From: a virus
Lineage: Duplodnaviria; Caudoviricetes
Length of the DNA: 64,000 bases
IMG/VR virus record: IMGVR_UViG_3300021431_004524
Span: 171,654-235,653 of that record
Direction: 5' to 3' (one strand)
Part shown: positions 37,516-47,650 of the stretch, one piece after another
How positions within the stretch are numbered: position 1 is the first letter of the stretch
How the letters are laid out: each line of letters opens with the position of its first letter
Translations under genes and position numbers: made by a program
The notes under the pieces: generated by a model
Databases searched by the model: none
The model's input: the letters and a program-made list of their open reading frames with translations, nothing else
Told to the model about the DNA's origin: nothing

Positions 37516-38629
37516 TTTTAATAGATTTTAAAATTTGAGTCATTTTTTCATTAATATCTTCTTTATATGTCATATAGTATAATTGAACATTGTTCTGTTT
37601 ACATAAATTCTTTTTAATTTTATCATTATTTTGTATATATTTAAAGCCTTCAACACCTCCAAAACTTTCTACGATTTCAAAATGTTGTCTACCTTGACAT
37701 TCAATTGCTATATTATAATCAGGTAAATAAAAATCTAACCTTAGTTTGTTTTTATTTTTTAACCATAAAAAAGTTTTTTGTCGCTCATATTTTATGTTTT
37801 TATTGTCTAATATAACACTTACACATTCTTCCATTGTACTTTGTTTACAGTATGGGCAACCTTGTCCACAAAGATGGGCATGGGGTGTCTGCCAAAATTC
37901 GCCATGTTCATTGCCTTCTTTATCTTTCTTATGGCATACAATACACACTTTGGTATCTGTATTTACATATTCAACTTTTGAATAGTCATATTTATCATTA
38001 TGAATGATTTTTGCCCTATTAATAAAATCTTTTACTTTTGTCCTCTTTTGTCTTCCTCTTTTTTCAATAGCACATTTATTGCAGCCGTTTCCATTTAGAT
38101 GAGAATTTGGTATTTGCCAAAATTCGCCATGTTCAGGACAAATTATGCATACTTTTGTATGATTATTTATATATTCAGACTTAGAATAATCATATTTGTC
38201 ACCATGAATCTTACGTGCCTTTTCAATAAATTCTTCAGTAATATACGAATAACTTCTATGCGTGCATTTAGGACAATTTTGTCCATTCAAAAAATCAATA
38301 GGTCTTATATTAAATTCACCGTGTTTTGGACAAATAATACACACTTTTGTATGATTATTGATATATTGTACTTTTGAGTAATCATATTTATCATTTAAAT
38401 GTTTTTTTCTTGCTTCTTCTATCCATTCTTCTGTTGTGTAATTATATTTTTTGCTACATTTAGAACACCCATTACCTTGTAAATGCTTATAAGGCATTTG
38501 CCAAAATTCGCCATGTTCAGGACAAATTATACATACTTTTGTCTTACTATTAATATATTCTGCTTTCGAATAATCATATTTATCTCCATGTACCTTTCTA
38601 GATTTTTCTATAAATTCATTTGTATTCAT
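37502..38629 (-). mobile_element. Free-standing homing endonuclease-like gene (DUF723-like Zn repeats + Vsr/PD-(D/E)xK-like nuclease)
   Basis: Four YDYSKxxY...KVCIxC..HGEF repeats; RLDFYLPDYNIAIECQGRQHF. Confidence 0.75.
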
Positions 38630-38731
38630 TATTTCTTTGTTTTAGCCTACGTTATTTGGTAATAAATATTATAAACAATGAAATAAACTTTTGCCATATT
38701 AATTAATTTTTTACAATTTTTCTTATAATAC

Positions 38732-38992
38732 TCAAATATTAAAGTATATACCAAATCCGGCAGATGCGAGTATTATAAAGAATATCTTCCAAAAGATGTC
38801 ATAATTCACGTCGACATCACGGCCAATCATTGCATTACCCAAAGTGGTCAATGTAATGTTAAACCACATCAAAAGACAGAATAATGACATTGCAAGCAAA
38901 GCGGCTTTAAAACTGATTGAAAGCCATAATGCAATACCAGTTCCGCATACAGTTGCCAAAAGAATTTTACCGAAATTATCACTCATTTTCAA
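38732..38992 (-). CDS. Small membrane protein
   Basis: Three hydrophobic segments. Confidence 0.65.
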   Translation of the reverse strand: MKMSDNFGKILLATVCGTGIALWLSISFKAALLAMSLFCLLMWFNITLTTLGNAMIGRDVDVNYDIFWKIFFIILASAGFGIYFNI

Positions 38993-38999
38993 TTAAAAT

Positions 39000-39629
39000 T
39001 TAATTTATTATTTCATCTATCAAATCATATTCTAATGCCGTTTCAGCATCAAAATAAAAATCCTTCTTTTCTTTATATATTTTATCAAGTTTATCTTTTG
39101 TGAATTTTGTTTTTGAAACAAGAATGTCATCCATAACCTTCCCTAAACGTTCAACTTCTTCTACCTTATCTTTTATGTCGGCTAATTTTTTAAAACCAAT
39201 ATAATCAGCCATATCATGCACCATAAATGTGGTATTTTTTCTCGCTATACGTTTATTTGCCGCTTGCAAAAGTATAGTACCCATAGACATTACATAACCG
39301 GAACATATGATAGTAGTATTATATTCTTTTCCTATTTCACGAATATGGTCATACAAACCGATACCGGCATAACACCATCCACCAAAAGATGAAAGATATA
39401 TATTAATAGGCGGTAAATTAAATTCAAATTTTTGATTATCTACAAACAACATCGTTTCATTCAAAATATCAATATTTCGTTTGATTGTTATTCTGTCATC
39501 CATTACGATGTCATTAAGTTTTTTTGTCAGGTCTTTTACCATCTTATCATCTATTTCATCACACAGATAGATTTGATGTGCCTCATAATCAAAAGACTCA
39601 ATATTATATGTGTTGTTATTAAGTTTCAT
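39000..39629 (-). CDS. clpP: ClpP-family protease
   Basis: IYLSSFGG, VMSMG (Ser), MVHD (His), KDFYF (Asp), ALEYDLIDEI. Confidence 0.8.
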   Translation of the reverse strand: MKLNNNTYNIESFDYEAHQIYLCDEIDDKMVKDLTKKLNDIVMDDRITIKRNIDILNETMLFVDNQKFEFNLPPINIYLSSFGGWCYAGIGLYDHIREIGKEYNTTIICSGYVMSMGTILLQAANKRIARKNTTFMVHDMADYIGFKKLADIKDKVEEVERLGKVMDDILVSKTKFTKDKLDKIYKEKKDFYFDAETALEYDLIDEIIN

Positions 39630-39631
39630 TT

Positions 39632-40399
39632 TTAATTTTGATTTTTATAAAACTCTTCAGGTTTAGGGCATAACACAACCAATTCACTTCTAATTTGGTT
39701 TATAATTGGCTTGAATGTCTGTTTATACACTTCCCAAGGACTGTCTTTCATTGCATAAATCATAGTCCAATATTGATTTGCCGCTTGATAATCAACTATC
39801 TTACCAAATTTGGCAATCTGTATACCGAAAACCATTACACGTATTGAATGGAATAACGATTTCTGTCCCCTATATAGGTCGTAATCCTTTTCAATGGTCA
39901 TTTTCTTGTGTGCCTTTGCAAATGCATTACTCGCTATACTGGATACCACTTGTCTTAACTTCCACTTATCAAGTTTGAAGTAAGGCTCATATCTCTTTAC
40001 ATCACCCTTGATTATGAGGTCAGAAGGAAGCCAAAACATTTCAAGGGCTATGATGTGATGTTCCATAACCATATTGATGAACGTTGACTCATTAATAAAC
40101 TGATAGTCATTGTTATCCTTTTTAAATTCTGCAATACCATTAACATAACCGGACAAATCAATCTCATCATCGACAATGGCAACAATGTCGACATCTGATT
40201 TATCAGTCATTGTACCATATACCTTTGAACCGTAATAGAACATTGTAATTACATGTTCCATTAACTCATTGAAAAGTTCATCTGTATTTATTGAGTCAGT
40301 CATTTTAATATCCATCGGTGTTTCGTCCGTTTCTACCGTTTCTGCTTTATTAAAGCATGATTTAATTATTTTCTTCAACTTTGCTAATTGTCCCATCAT
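39632..40399 (-). CDS. Pol-beta-superfamily nucleotidyltransferase
   Basis: YYGSKVYGT...SDVDIV; C-terminal KSLFHSIR. Confidence 0.75.
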   Translation of the reverse strand: MMGQLAKLKKIIKSCFNKAETVETDETPMDIKMTDSINTDELFNELMEHVITMFYYGSKVYGTMTDKSDVDIVAIVDDEIDLSGYVNGIAEFKKDNNDYQFINESTFINMVMEHHIIALEMFWLPSDLIIKGDVKRYEPYFKLDKWKLRQVVSSIASNAFAKAHKKMTIEKDYDLYRGQKSLFHSIRVMVFGIQIAKFGKIVDYQAANQYWTMIYAMKDSPWEVYKQTFKPIINQIRSELVVLCPKPEEFYKNQN

Positions 40400-41135
40400 T
40401 GTTTACAAATATTAACGGCTTTCCGTTCTTCATTAAAACCATTTTATACGGTATAAATTCATCAAGTGTTACGTTAATTGATGTCTGTCTAAACATCACG
40501 AAGAAAGTTCTTTCGTTGTATAAATTACTAATACTTTCTTTTTTAAGACACTCATACATTTCCTTGTTTGCAATTATTGAATATACGTCTGACTTGATTA
40601 TCTTATTAGCCAAATCATTCATTTTCCTTAATATTGCATCAACTGATGTTTTCTCATACCATGACTTATAAGGTTTATACTCAGGATTCAATAACAGATA
40701 GTTCTTAATCTCATCGACGGATGCCTTATGTGCGGGCGGTATTGAATTGCTGAACTTAGATTCTCCCATTCTATAGTCATCAACAAGGCAAAATTCAAAA
40801 TCACCCTTATTTCTCCACATACCGAGATTTGCCCAAGAACAGTCAGTGTCAGATACGAATAACTGATATATATCAGTGTCATCCCTCATAGATGCAAGCG
40901 AAAGGAACAGTTCAATGTTATTTCCACAATTAATGTAGTCAGGACTGTTTGTATTAGTTCCTCTACCAAACATTGTGTAGTATACACCTGTTTTTTCAGT
41001 CACAAGACCACCATTTATGTATTCCGTTTCTGTTACGTATTCAGACACATAGCCAAGTTCACGTAATACATATCTCACATAGGATGCATCCTCGTTGTAA
41101 ACATTTATTATTAAGTTATTCTTGAATTTCGGCAT
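40362..41135 (-). CDS. Hypothetical
   Basis: Downstream of the promoter at 41152-41183. Confidence 0.65.
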   Translation of the reverse strand: MPKFKNNLIINVYNEDASYVRYVLRELGYVSEYVTETEYINGGLVTEKTGVYYTMFGRGTNTNSPDYINCGNNIELFLSLASMRDDTDIYQLFVSDTDCSWANLGMWRNKGDFEFCLVDDYRMGESKFSNSIPPAHKASVDEIKNYLLLNPEYKPYKSWYEKTSVDAILRKMNDLANKIIKSDVYSIIANKEMYECLKKESISNLYNERTFFVMFRQTSINVTLDEFIPYKMVLMKNGKPLIFVNNDGTISKVEENN

Positions 41136-41202
41136 ATATACTTATTTTCTGCAAAGATACTACAAAAATTTGAAATAACCAAGTGATTAACAATATTTAA
41201 CC

Positions 41203-42075
41203 TCAATGATTATATCTGAATTGGTATTCTTGTCCTACTTGGATGCAATTATTAGGTATAGTATCTGTAGTGAATACACCATGTTCATAGTTTGGGTCAT
41301 AAAATAGATGCACAGTATCCGGTAAACGGTCTGTATGTATACCAAGCAAAGTATATTTTCCTTTTATATCATCTTTAAGATTTTTCAATGATAAGTCTTC
41401 TCCCAAATCATACAAGTCATTCATTGTTACATTACTTTTAACAAGATATATTCGTGGTGGATAACTAAAGAACATATTATCGTTTCTTGGTATTAAACCG
41501 GTTGTCATGATACTTGGAATATTTTCAGATGGGGTGAAGTGATAAAAGTATTTGTTTTCTTTCTTGATTGTTTCCGTCTCATCTTTTTGCGTAATCGGTT
41601 CAAATCGCATCTGTAATAAAGTATGACCATCCTTTTCAAGTGGTTTCTCGACAGATAAGAAATAACCCATTTTAGACATGTCATTAACAATAAGGTCATG
41701 GTTTTCACCAATATCAGCAATTAACAAATATATTGCGATACCATTAAATGCCTCGACCTTATAAAACTGTTCATCAGCAAAATGATAAGTACCACGCAAG
41801 TGTTTAATAACATCGTCAGCATCAAATATTTGACCATAAGTTTCTTTAATGTATTGTTTTCCTTCTTTAATTAATGGGTTTCCATATACATAATTTTGAC
41901 CAAAATCACGATAGTCCCTATTAATATTTTCCATTAAATCAGAAGAAAAACTATCGATATTGAAGATAACGGCATCATCAGAAATTGCTTCTGTTAATCT
42001 ATCTGCTTCATTTTTAGTCATGTGTTTCCCCATTCGTAATGATAAGGAAAACATTTCATTTAATTTTTTATTCAT
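41203..42075 (-). CDS. ADP-ribosyltransferase/Tpt1(KptA)-fold-like protein with an LxE-rich N-terminus
   Basis: FYHFTPSENIPSIMTTGLIP, RIYL, DPNY..GVFTTDTIP. Confidence 0.55.
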   Translation of the reverse strand: MNKKLNEMFSLSLRMGKHMTKNEADRLTEAISDDAVIFNIDSFSSDLMENINRDYRDFGQNYVYGNPLIKEGKQYIKETYGQIFDADDVIKHLRGTYHFADEQFYKVEAFNGIAIYLLIADIGENHDLIVNDMSKMGYFLSVEKPLEKDGHTLLQMRFEPITQKDETETIKKENKYFYHFTPSENIPSIMTTGLIPRNDNMFFSYPPRIYLVKSNVTMNDLYDLGEDLSLKNLKDDIKGKYTLLGIHTDRLPDTVHLFYDPNYEHGVFTTDTIPNNCIQVGQEYQFRYNH

Positions 42076-42179
42076 ATAATATTATATTTTTCGTAAATAT
42101 ACTATTTTTAATTCATATAACAAATAAAAAATGGGAACTTTATAAAAAAATTCCCATCTTCTATAAATAACTTTAAAAG

Positions 42180-43979
42180 TTATGCCTCATCAGTTGTATC
42201 ACCATAACCCTCAGCAGCCTCAATATCAACAGCTCCGGAATCATAGACAAGGGCTTCTTTAAGTGTAAAACTTACACTCTTTAATTTCTCAGCACGAAGT
42301 ACAGTATCACCGGCTTTACGAAGAACAAATCCTTCTCTTGGTGAATCCGGGAAGTTCTTACAGAGTGGTTCCGGTTCCTCCATGCCAAAATGTTCCTTAT
42401 CGTTCTTCATACGTTCCAACAAAGCCTCATGCCAATGGTTCTCAGTGTCCAAATCGGGATAAAGTTCTTCAAGAGTACCGTGATAAAGTATATCGATTGG
42501 GTGGATACGCTTCCAATTATCATTACCTTCTGCTTTCATCCTTTCAATTAACTTGTTAGTCCAATCAAGAACCTCAGATACCTCCCACTCTTTCTTAGTT
42601 CCATCTTCATTAGTAGTTGTAATACGATAGAACATGACAATATTCTCACCTTCAGGGCATCCATAATCGTAAGCCTTCTGAATCATTGATTGTTCACCAG
42701 TAAGATAGCCACAGATTTCACCATATACTGTCATACCTTCATCAAGATATGGATAGATAATATCACCATACTCAGTCCACAAGTCAGCATTATAGTAACC
42801 ACCAGTTACATCTTGATTGATGTATTTATTCTTAATTACCTTACGTGAAGCATATACAGGGCCATATACGACCTCACTATCAGTAATTCTAAGTGATTTG
42901 AACAGATGTGTGAAATCAACAAACTTGTTAAACGTTCTCTTGAAGAACGGAAGTTTAATTGGTTGATTTACATGAAGTTTGCCAATGATACAACTTGTTC
43001 CGTGTAGTTTAACACTAATATCTACAATATCATCCGGTTTGAAATACTGAATATCTTTATTCAACTGGCTTGTGCTGTAGTGGAAGAAGAATTCGCCATC
43101 AATCATGCGGTCAAATCTCTTAATTGTTTTCTGTGCCTTATTCTTATTACTCTTCTTCTGAGTTTCCGCCGGCATAGGTGGAATATATACCTTAACGAAC
43201 AAATCACCGTTTACAGTGTCGAACTCTTGGCCAACGTATGCTTCAATATCTTCCATCGTAATAGATGAGTCATATTTAATCAAATCCTCTGGTGCAAACA
43301 AAACACCAAATGAAGGGGTATTTCTAAGAGTAAGACAACGAACGCGGCCATACTTGTTGAAGAAGCCACAATGTTTCTTAACCTCTGCAATAATGTCAGC
43401 ACCAGACTTAACAATATCCTCTACTTCTTTCTTCAAGTTGGTATAGGTTGTGGTCTTTGCGATTGCACGTGCTGTATAATCGTCAGCCTGCTTCTGCAAA
43501 GTATCAATTTCAGCCTTCTTGATACCGTACTCTTCAGATGAACTATCAAGAGACTCAAGGTCTTTTGTCATCTTCTTAATCTGTTTGTTAATCTTAGCAG
43601 CCTTCTTGGTGAGATTATCCATTGAAGCCTTTACGTTCTTTGCCTCATTACGGATAGCATCAGCCTTTGCCTTGATTGGTTCATAAGGCTTATAGATTTC
43701 ATCAACTTCTTCCTTATTGGCATTCTTCTCACGGCAACTAATCTCATAAAGGTTATTAACGGAAAGGAATTTCTCATTAAGTTGCGTCTCATTAGCGGCA
43801 TATATCATAATGTCGCCTTCCTTTACTTGGTCTTTACGTACCACAATCTGTGTACCAAACACATCTGTTTTAGCAAGGAAATCAGAACCCTCAATTGGGG
43901 TAAGTTCACCAACACGTACAATAGCGGCACTATATTCACTATTGAATGCTTCACTTTTAGTAAATACGTTTTTTTCCAT
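42180..43979 (-). CDS. RNA ligase (Rnl2/DRB0094-like) with a coiled-coil insertion
   Basis: TPIEGSD N-domain, KLHGTS, YGEICG, REGFVLR, KLKS. Confidence 0.8.
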   Translation of the reverse strand: MEKNVFTKSEAFNSEYSAAIVRVGELTPIEGSDFLAKTDVFGTQIVVRKDQVKEGDIMIYAANETQLNEKFLSVNNLYEISCREKNANKEEVDEIYKPYEPIKAKADAIRNEAKNVKASMDNLTKKAAKINKQIKKMTKDLESLDSSSEEYGIKKAEIDTLQKQADDYTARAIAKTTTYTNLKKEVEDIVKSGADIIAEVKKHCGFFNKYGRVRCLTLRNTPSFGVLFAPEDLIKYDSSITMEDIEAYVGQEFDTVNGDLFVKVYIPPMPAETQKKSNKNKAQKTIKRFDRMIDGEFFFHYSTSQLNKDIQYFKPDDIVDISVKLHGTSCIIGKLHVNQPIKLPFFKRTFNKFVDFTHLFKSLRITDSEVVYGPVYASRKVIKNKYINQDVTGGYYNADLWTEYGDIIYPYLDEGMTVYGEICGYLTGEQSMIQKAYDYGCPEGENIVMFYRITTTNEDGTKKEWEVSEVLDWTNKLIERMKAEGNDNWKRIHPIDILYHGTLEELYPDLDTENHWHEALLERMKNDKEHFGMEEPEPLCKNFPDSPREGFVLRKAGDTVLRAEKLKSVSFTLKEALVYDSGAVDIEAAEGYGDTTDEA

Positions 43980-44011
43980 TTTCTTAATTCTTTTAATTTC
44001 TAATTTTGATG

Positions 44012-44056
44012 CAAATTTAATACTTTATTTCCACTCCACCAAATATTTTTTGTTAA
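44012..44056 (-). promoter_or_regulatory. Bacteroidota promoter with TTAAC element
   Basis: TTAAC-N8-TTTG-N20-TAAATTTG. Confidence 0.75.
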
Positions 44057-44073
44057 AAATACTAAAACCTTTA

Positions 44074-44754
44074 TCATTCTAATAATTTGCATTCTTCAGG
44101 TGTATACTTTTCATGCAGTTTATCCATCCACCATTTAGTCTTAAACTTTACTTTTGGTAATCTCTGACCTTTCATAAGCGTTGTTCTTCTACATACAACT
44201 CCTTCTTTTACATTTGGATATTTACAGTCAGGTTGCGTCCAATCATTATCTTGTATTGATTTGATGAAATCCTTTGTCAGTTTACCTCTATATATTAATT
44301 CAGGTTGAATAATCTCCTTATGAGAATAGAATAGTTCCTGTAACGGTTTTAATTCAATAAAGCCTTTCTTCTTGATAAAGACATCAATTAATGCAAGTTT
44401 CAATTCATCTCCTGGTACATGAACACCCGCAAATGAATTTTCACCATACCATTCAAAATAGAACGTCACTTCATCAACGCCTGTAAATAGTCCTTTCTTC
44501 TTTGAGTTATCAGTTACAATCTGAGATAGCAATTGTGGGTAACAAGAGTTCTTGAACCATTTAACAGCATCGCCAAACTGTTCATCGGTCTCATCAAAGA
44601 CACGTTTTCTTGAACCGAATTGGTCGAATTTCTTTGTCTTTGGTGAATACTTTATACAAATGTTCTGCCCGTCTAACTTGTTATAGGCTGCAACCTCTTC
44701 ACCTAATAACGTACCGTCATCTTGTATACGGTTTATTGTGTCGTAATGTCTCAT
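44074..44754 (-). CDS. Second, minimal RNA ligase-like nucleotidyltransferase
   Basis: KLDGQN, FEWYG, LIDV, EGVVCR, KFK. Confidence 0.7.
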   Translation of the reverse strand: MRHYDTINRIQDDGTLLGEEVAAYNKLDGQNICIKYSPKTKKFDQFGSRKRVFDETDEQFGDAVKWFKNSCYPQLLSQIVTDNSKKKGLFTGVDEVTFYFEWYGENSFAGVHVPGDELKLALIDVFIKKKGFIELKPLQELFYSHKEIIQPELIYRGKLTKDFIKSIQDNDWTQPDCKYPNVKEGVVCRRTTLMKGQRLPKVKFKTKWWMDKLHEKYTPEECKLLE

Positions 44755-44758
44755 TCTA

Positions 44759-45415
44759 TCAAAGTTTATCTTTTACAAAATAATATGCTTTATCATAATC
44801 CTTATTATCGGGATATAGTTCAATCGCCTTATCAATTAGGTTATCAAGTTTTTTACCCCAATGATTATAAAATTCATGCAATAAGAAATGTTTAGTAGGA
44901 TGGCATTCATCAAAAACGTCTACCATTGTATCATCAAACGACATAATACTTGGTATATCATGCTCTATTACGTATTTCTTAACACGTTCGATGTCATTAT
45001 CCCATTCTCTCATATGAAGTCTTACATCTTGGTATATTTGACGATAGAAAAACTCATTTATAAAGCCGTTGTATTCCTGTATAAACTGATTTGTCAATTC
45101 AATTAACTCAGGATAATGGTCATATTCCTTATCCAACTCTTCTTGTGTCGTATTAGGATAATATGTTTTGATAAATTCACAAACATCAGTATAGTTGTAC
45201 TTTTTCTTTGCAAATTTATTAAAGACATTAACTTCTACATCCTTTGGTATATCAACACCTTCATTCCAAGCAGTTTGTTCTTCCTCATTACCAAACATAC
45301 CGGGGTATAAATTCAATGTGTTTATATCAGGTGGTGTAGAACTGAAACAGAACCAACCGTTTTCCTTTGTTTGTGCAAACCAAAAACCACCACTTTTAGT
45401 TTTATATATTTTCAT
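44759..45415 (-). CDS. Hypothetical
   Basis: 218-aa ORF. Confidence 0.65.
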   Translation of the reverse strand: MKIYKTKSGGFWFAQTKENGWFCFSSTPPDINTLNLYPGMFGNEEEQTAWNEGVDIPKDVEVNVFNKFAKKKYNYTDVCEFIKTYYPNTTQEELDKEYDHYPELIELTNQFIQEYNGFINEFFYRQIYQDVRLHMREWDNDIERVKKYVIEHDIPSIMSFDDTMVDVFDECHPTKHFLLHEFYNHWGKKLDNLIDKAIELYPDNKDYDKAYYFVKDKL

Positions 45416-45419
45416 GGTA

Positions 45420-45833
45420 TTACTCGTACTTATCCTTTAAACGTTTTAACTCAGAAAGCTCCTTTTTTTCAAGTTCTTTCTTTTCTTGTTCTGCTAACTG
45501 CTTATTTCTTGTTATGGCATCAGAGACTTGTTCATCAAGCGGTTTGTTAAGGTCTATTTCAATTACTATGTAATCACCATCATCATGATAGCCTTTAATA
45601 AATTTTATACTGTTATTAGTATACTCAACATCACACCAGTCAAAAAACTTATCGGGGTATTTCTCATAATGCCATTGACAATTTTGAAACATTTCTTTCC
45701 ATCCATTTATCATTTTTAATTGACTAAGAGTTTCACGGGCAACTCTTTCAATCTCTTTCTCTTTATTTTCCATTTCGGCATTTAACTTATTGCATTCCCT
45801 AATAAGTTTCAATGCCTTTCTTTGCATTTCCAT
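45420..45833 (-). CDS. Hypothetical
   Basis: 137-aa ORF. Confidence 0.65.
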   Translation of the reverse strand: MEMQRKALKLIRECNKLNAEMENKEKEIERVARETLSQLKMINGWKEMFQNCQWHYEKYPDKFFDWCDVEYTNNSIKFIKGYHDDGDYIVIEIDLNKPLDEQVSDAITRNKQLAEQEKKELEKKELSELKRLKDKYE

Positions 45834-45844
45834 ATTATCTCTTT

Positions 45845-46669
45845 TTAAAATCTTAAATCATATATATCAAAATTACCGTTTCTCCACTTATCAAGCATCA
45901 CAAACTGTATACCATTAATATACTCTTGGTTATGAAAATGATAATGACCATAAAACCATTTATAAATCGGATGACCATCTTCAATCAGTTTATTGTATAT
46001 ATCATCCATCACCTTACGTTCAGCATCAATATCCGCTTCAAGTGCGGGGTCTTCCGTTAACCAGTATTGAATACCCTCCTTTGTTATTGGTTTTGCAAAC
46101 GATGGGCAGGTATGTGTTGCTACAATGTCAATTTTTATACCACTTTCTTTTAATTCATTTAACGCCTCTTCATCATAAACAGGTGCTTCATCAGGCCAAT
46201 ATCCCTTTGGGCAATACAAATACGCCTCATCAATGCTACAGCCATGATATATAGCATATTTCATAGCATTTTCCTTATATTTTACAAGGCGATATGTCCT
46301 ATCGATGGATGTTGCTCCGCCCACGCAAAGAATATTATGTGTCGGTGTTTGAATGACAGTATAATCAGGTATTGCCTTGAAATACTTACGGTTTATTTTC
46401 TTACCGTTAAAATATTCCTTTGAGTCATGATTTCCATGAATGAATATACACTCATTATTGAATCGTGCGGCTGTTTTGTTAAGTTTATTAAATATATTCT
46501 TATAATGTTGTTCTTTTTCAAACCCGAAACCCACGTCTCCGCAGAATAAGTATGTGGTGTCAGTAAATTCTGTACGTTTCATTAACCCATTTATGGAATT
46601 AAATTCTCCGTGCATGTCACCGACAAAGCATAATCCAGATTTATTTGTCTTTATGATGTTAAGTACCAT
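45845..46669 (-). CDS. Calcineurin-like metallophosphoesterase
   Basis: GDMHG, GDVG, GNHD, THTCP, GHYH. Confidence 0.9.
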   Translation of the reverse strand: MVLNIIKTNKSGLCFVGDMHGEFNSINGLMKRTEFTDTTYLFCGDVGFGFEKEQHYKNIFNKLNKTAARFNNECIFIHGNHDSKEYFNGKKINRKYFKAIPDYTVIQTPTHNILCVGGATSIDRTYRLVKYKENAMKYAIYHGCSIDEAYLYCPKGYWPDEAPVYDEEALNELKESGIKIDIVATHTCPSFAKPITKEGIQYWLTEDPALEADIDAERKVMDDIYNKLIEDGHPIYKWFYGHYHFHNQEYINGIQFVMLDKWRNGNFDIYDLRF

Positions 46670-46896
46670 TAAATTTCCTCTACAGTAATCTTTACTTTCT
46701 TATTAAGTAATCCTTCATTGAATATTTTATGTGTCCTGCTTGGGTCAACTGATGTAATTGTTACATCTACGGTTTCTTCATCATCAGGTTCTACATTATT
46801 ATCCAATACAAATCTTGTCATTTTAAGATTTCTCTCATTATCAACAGAAAGCAAATCATTTACGTTTCCTTCTAGTTCTAAAATTATTTTACTCAT
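46669..46896 (-). CDS. Small hypothetical
   Basis: Coupled to the phosphoesterase gene. Confidence 0.6.
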   Translation of the reverse strand: MSKIILELEGNVNDLLSVDNERNLKMTRFVLDNNVEPDDEETVDVTITSVDPSRTHKIFNEGLLNKKVKITVEEI

Positions 46897-46933
46897 TTTA
46901 CTTAAATTTATTTATATTTCGACAGCAAATATA

Positions 46934-47650
46934 CTATTTTTTCCCCAAATAAAGAAGGGAATACTGTTTAAAAAGTGTTAAATCATCCGGTGTGATATGT
47001 GGAAGATAAATCGGGGTGAAGAATACTTCAGCATTCTTTAAGAATTGCTTCCATATAGCAGTCTTAATCCTATTTACATTAGCCCTTGTTATTACATCTT
47101 TTTGAAATTTTCTTAAATTCTTTGGAATATCCTTATCTTCAACAACTTTATATCCACCCACACATGTCATGTTCTGAATTTTGAAATTAGAATCGACATA
47201 CTGATAATAGTAATCTTCATCAGTGGATGCAGCACCAATAAGCAATCCTATTTCATTATCGGTTTTAAAATCATCAAAGGTAACTATTTTTCCACCATCC
47301 TTTACTAACTTATTTCTAATCAAGAAAAAATTAGATTTTTCATCATGATGGTCATAGTGATATTTAAAATCTGTTATGATATTCCTTCTTCTCCATGCAA
47401 GAAACATATCATAATTGACAATATCTGTTTTAATTTCAGATAATTCAACATCCCATTCACTATCCATAAATAACGTATCTTCATCGACCCAATATGAGGT
47501 GAATATATTACGATAGAAATACACCTTATTATCCTTGAAACTACGATAAAAGGCAAATATCATATAATCGTTATGAATGCCTATTAGCATTTTACCGTCA
47601 GTTATCTTATCGAATAAGGGTCTGAAATCATTTAACTTCATCTTTGCCAT
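46934..47650 (-). CDS. Hypothetical
   Basis: 238-aa ORF. Confidence 0.65.
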   Translation of the reverse strand: MAKMKLNDFRPLFDKITDGKMLIGIHNDYMIFAFYRSFKDNKVYFYRNIFTSYWVDEDTLFMDSEWDVELSEIKTDIVNYDMFLAWRRRNIITDFKYHYDHHDEKSNFFLIRNKLVKDGGKIVTFDDFKTDNEIGLLIGAASTDEDYYYQYVDSNFKIQNMTCVGGYKVVEDKDIPKNLRKFQKDVITRANVNRIKTAIWKQFLKNAEVFFTPIYLPHITPDDLTLFKQYSLLYLGKK

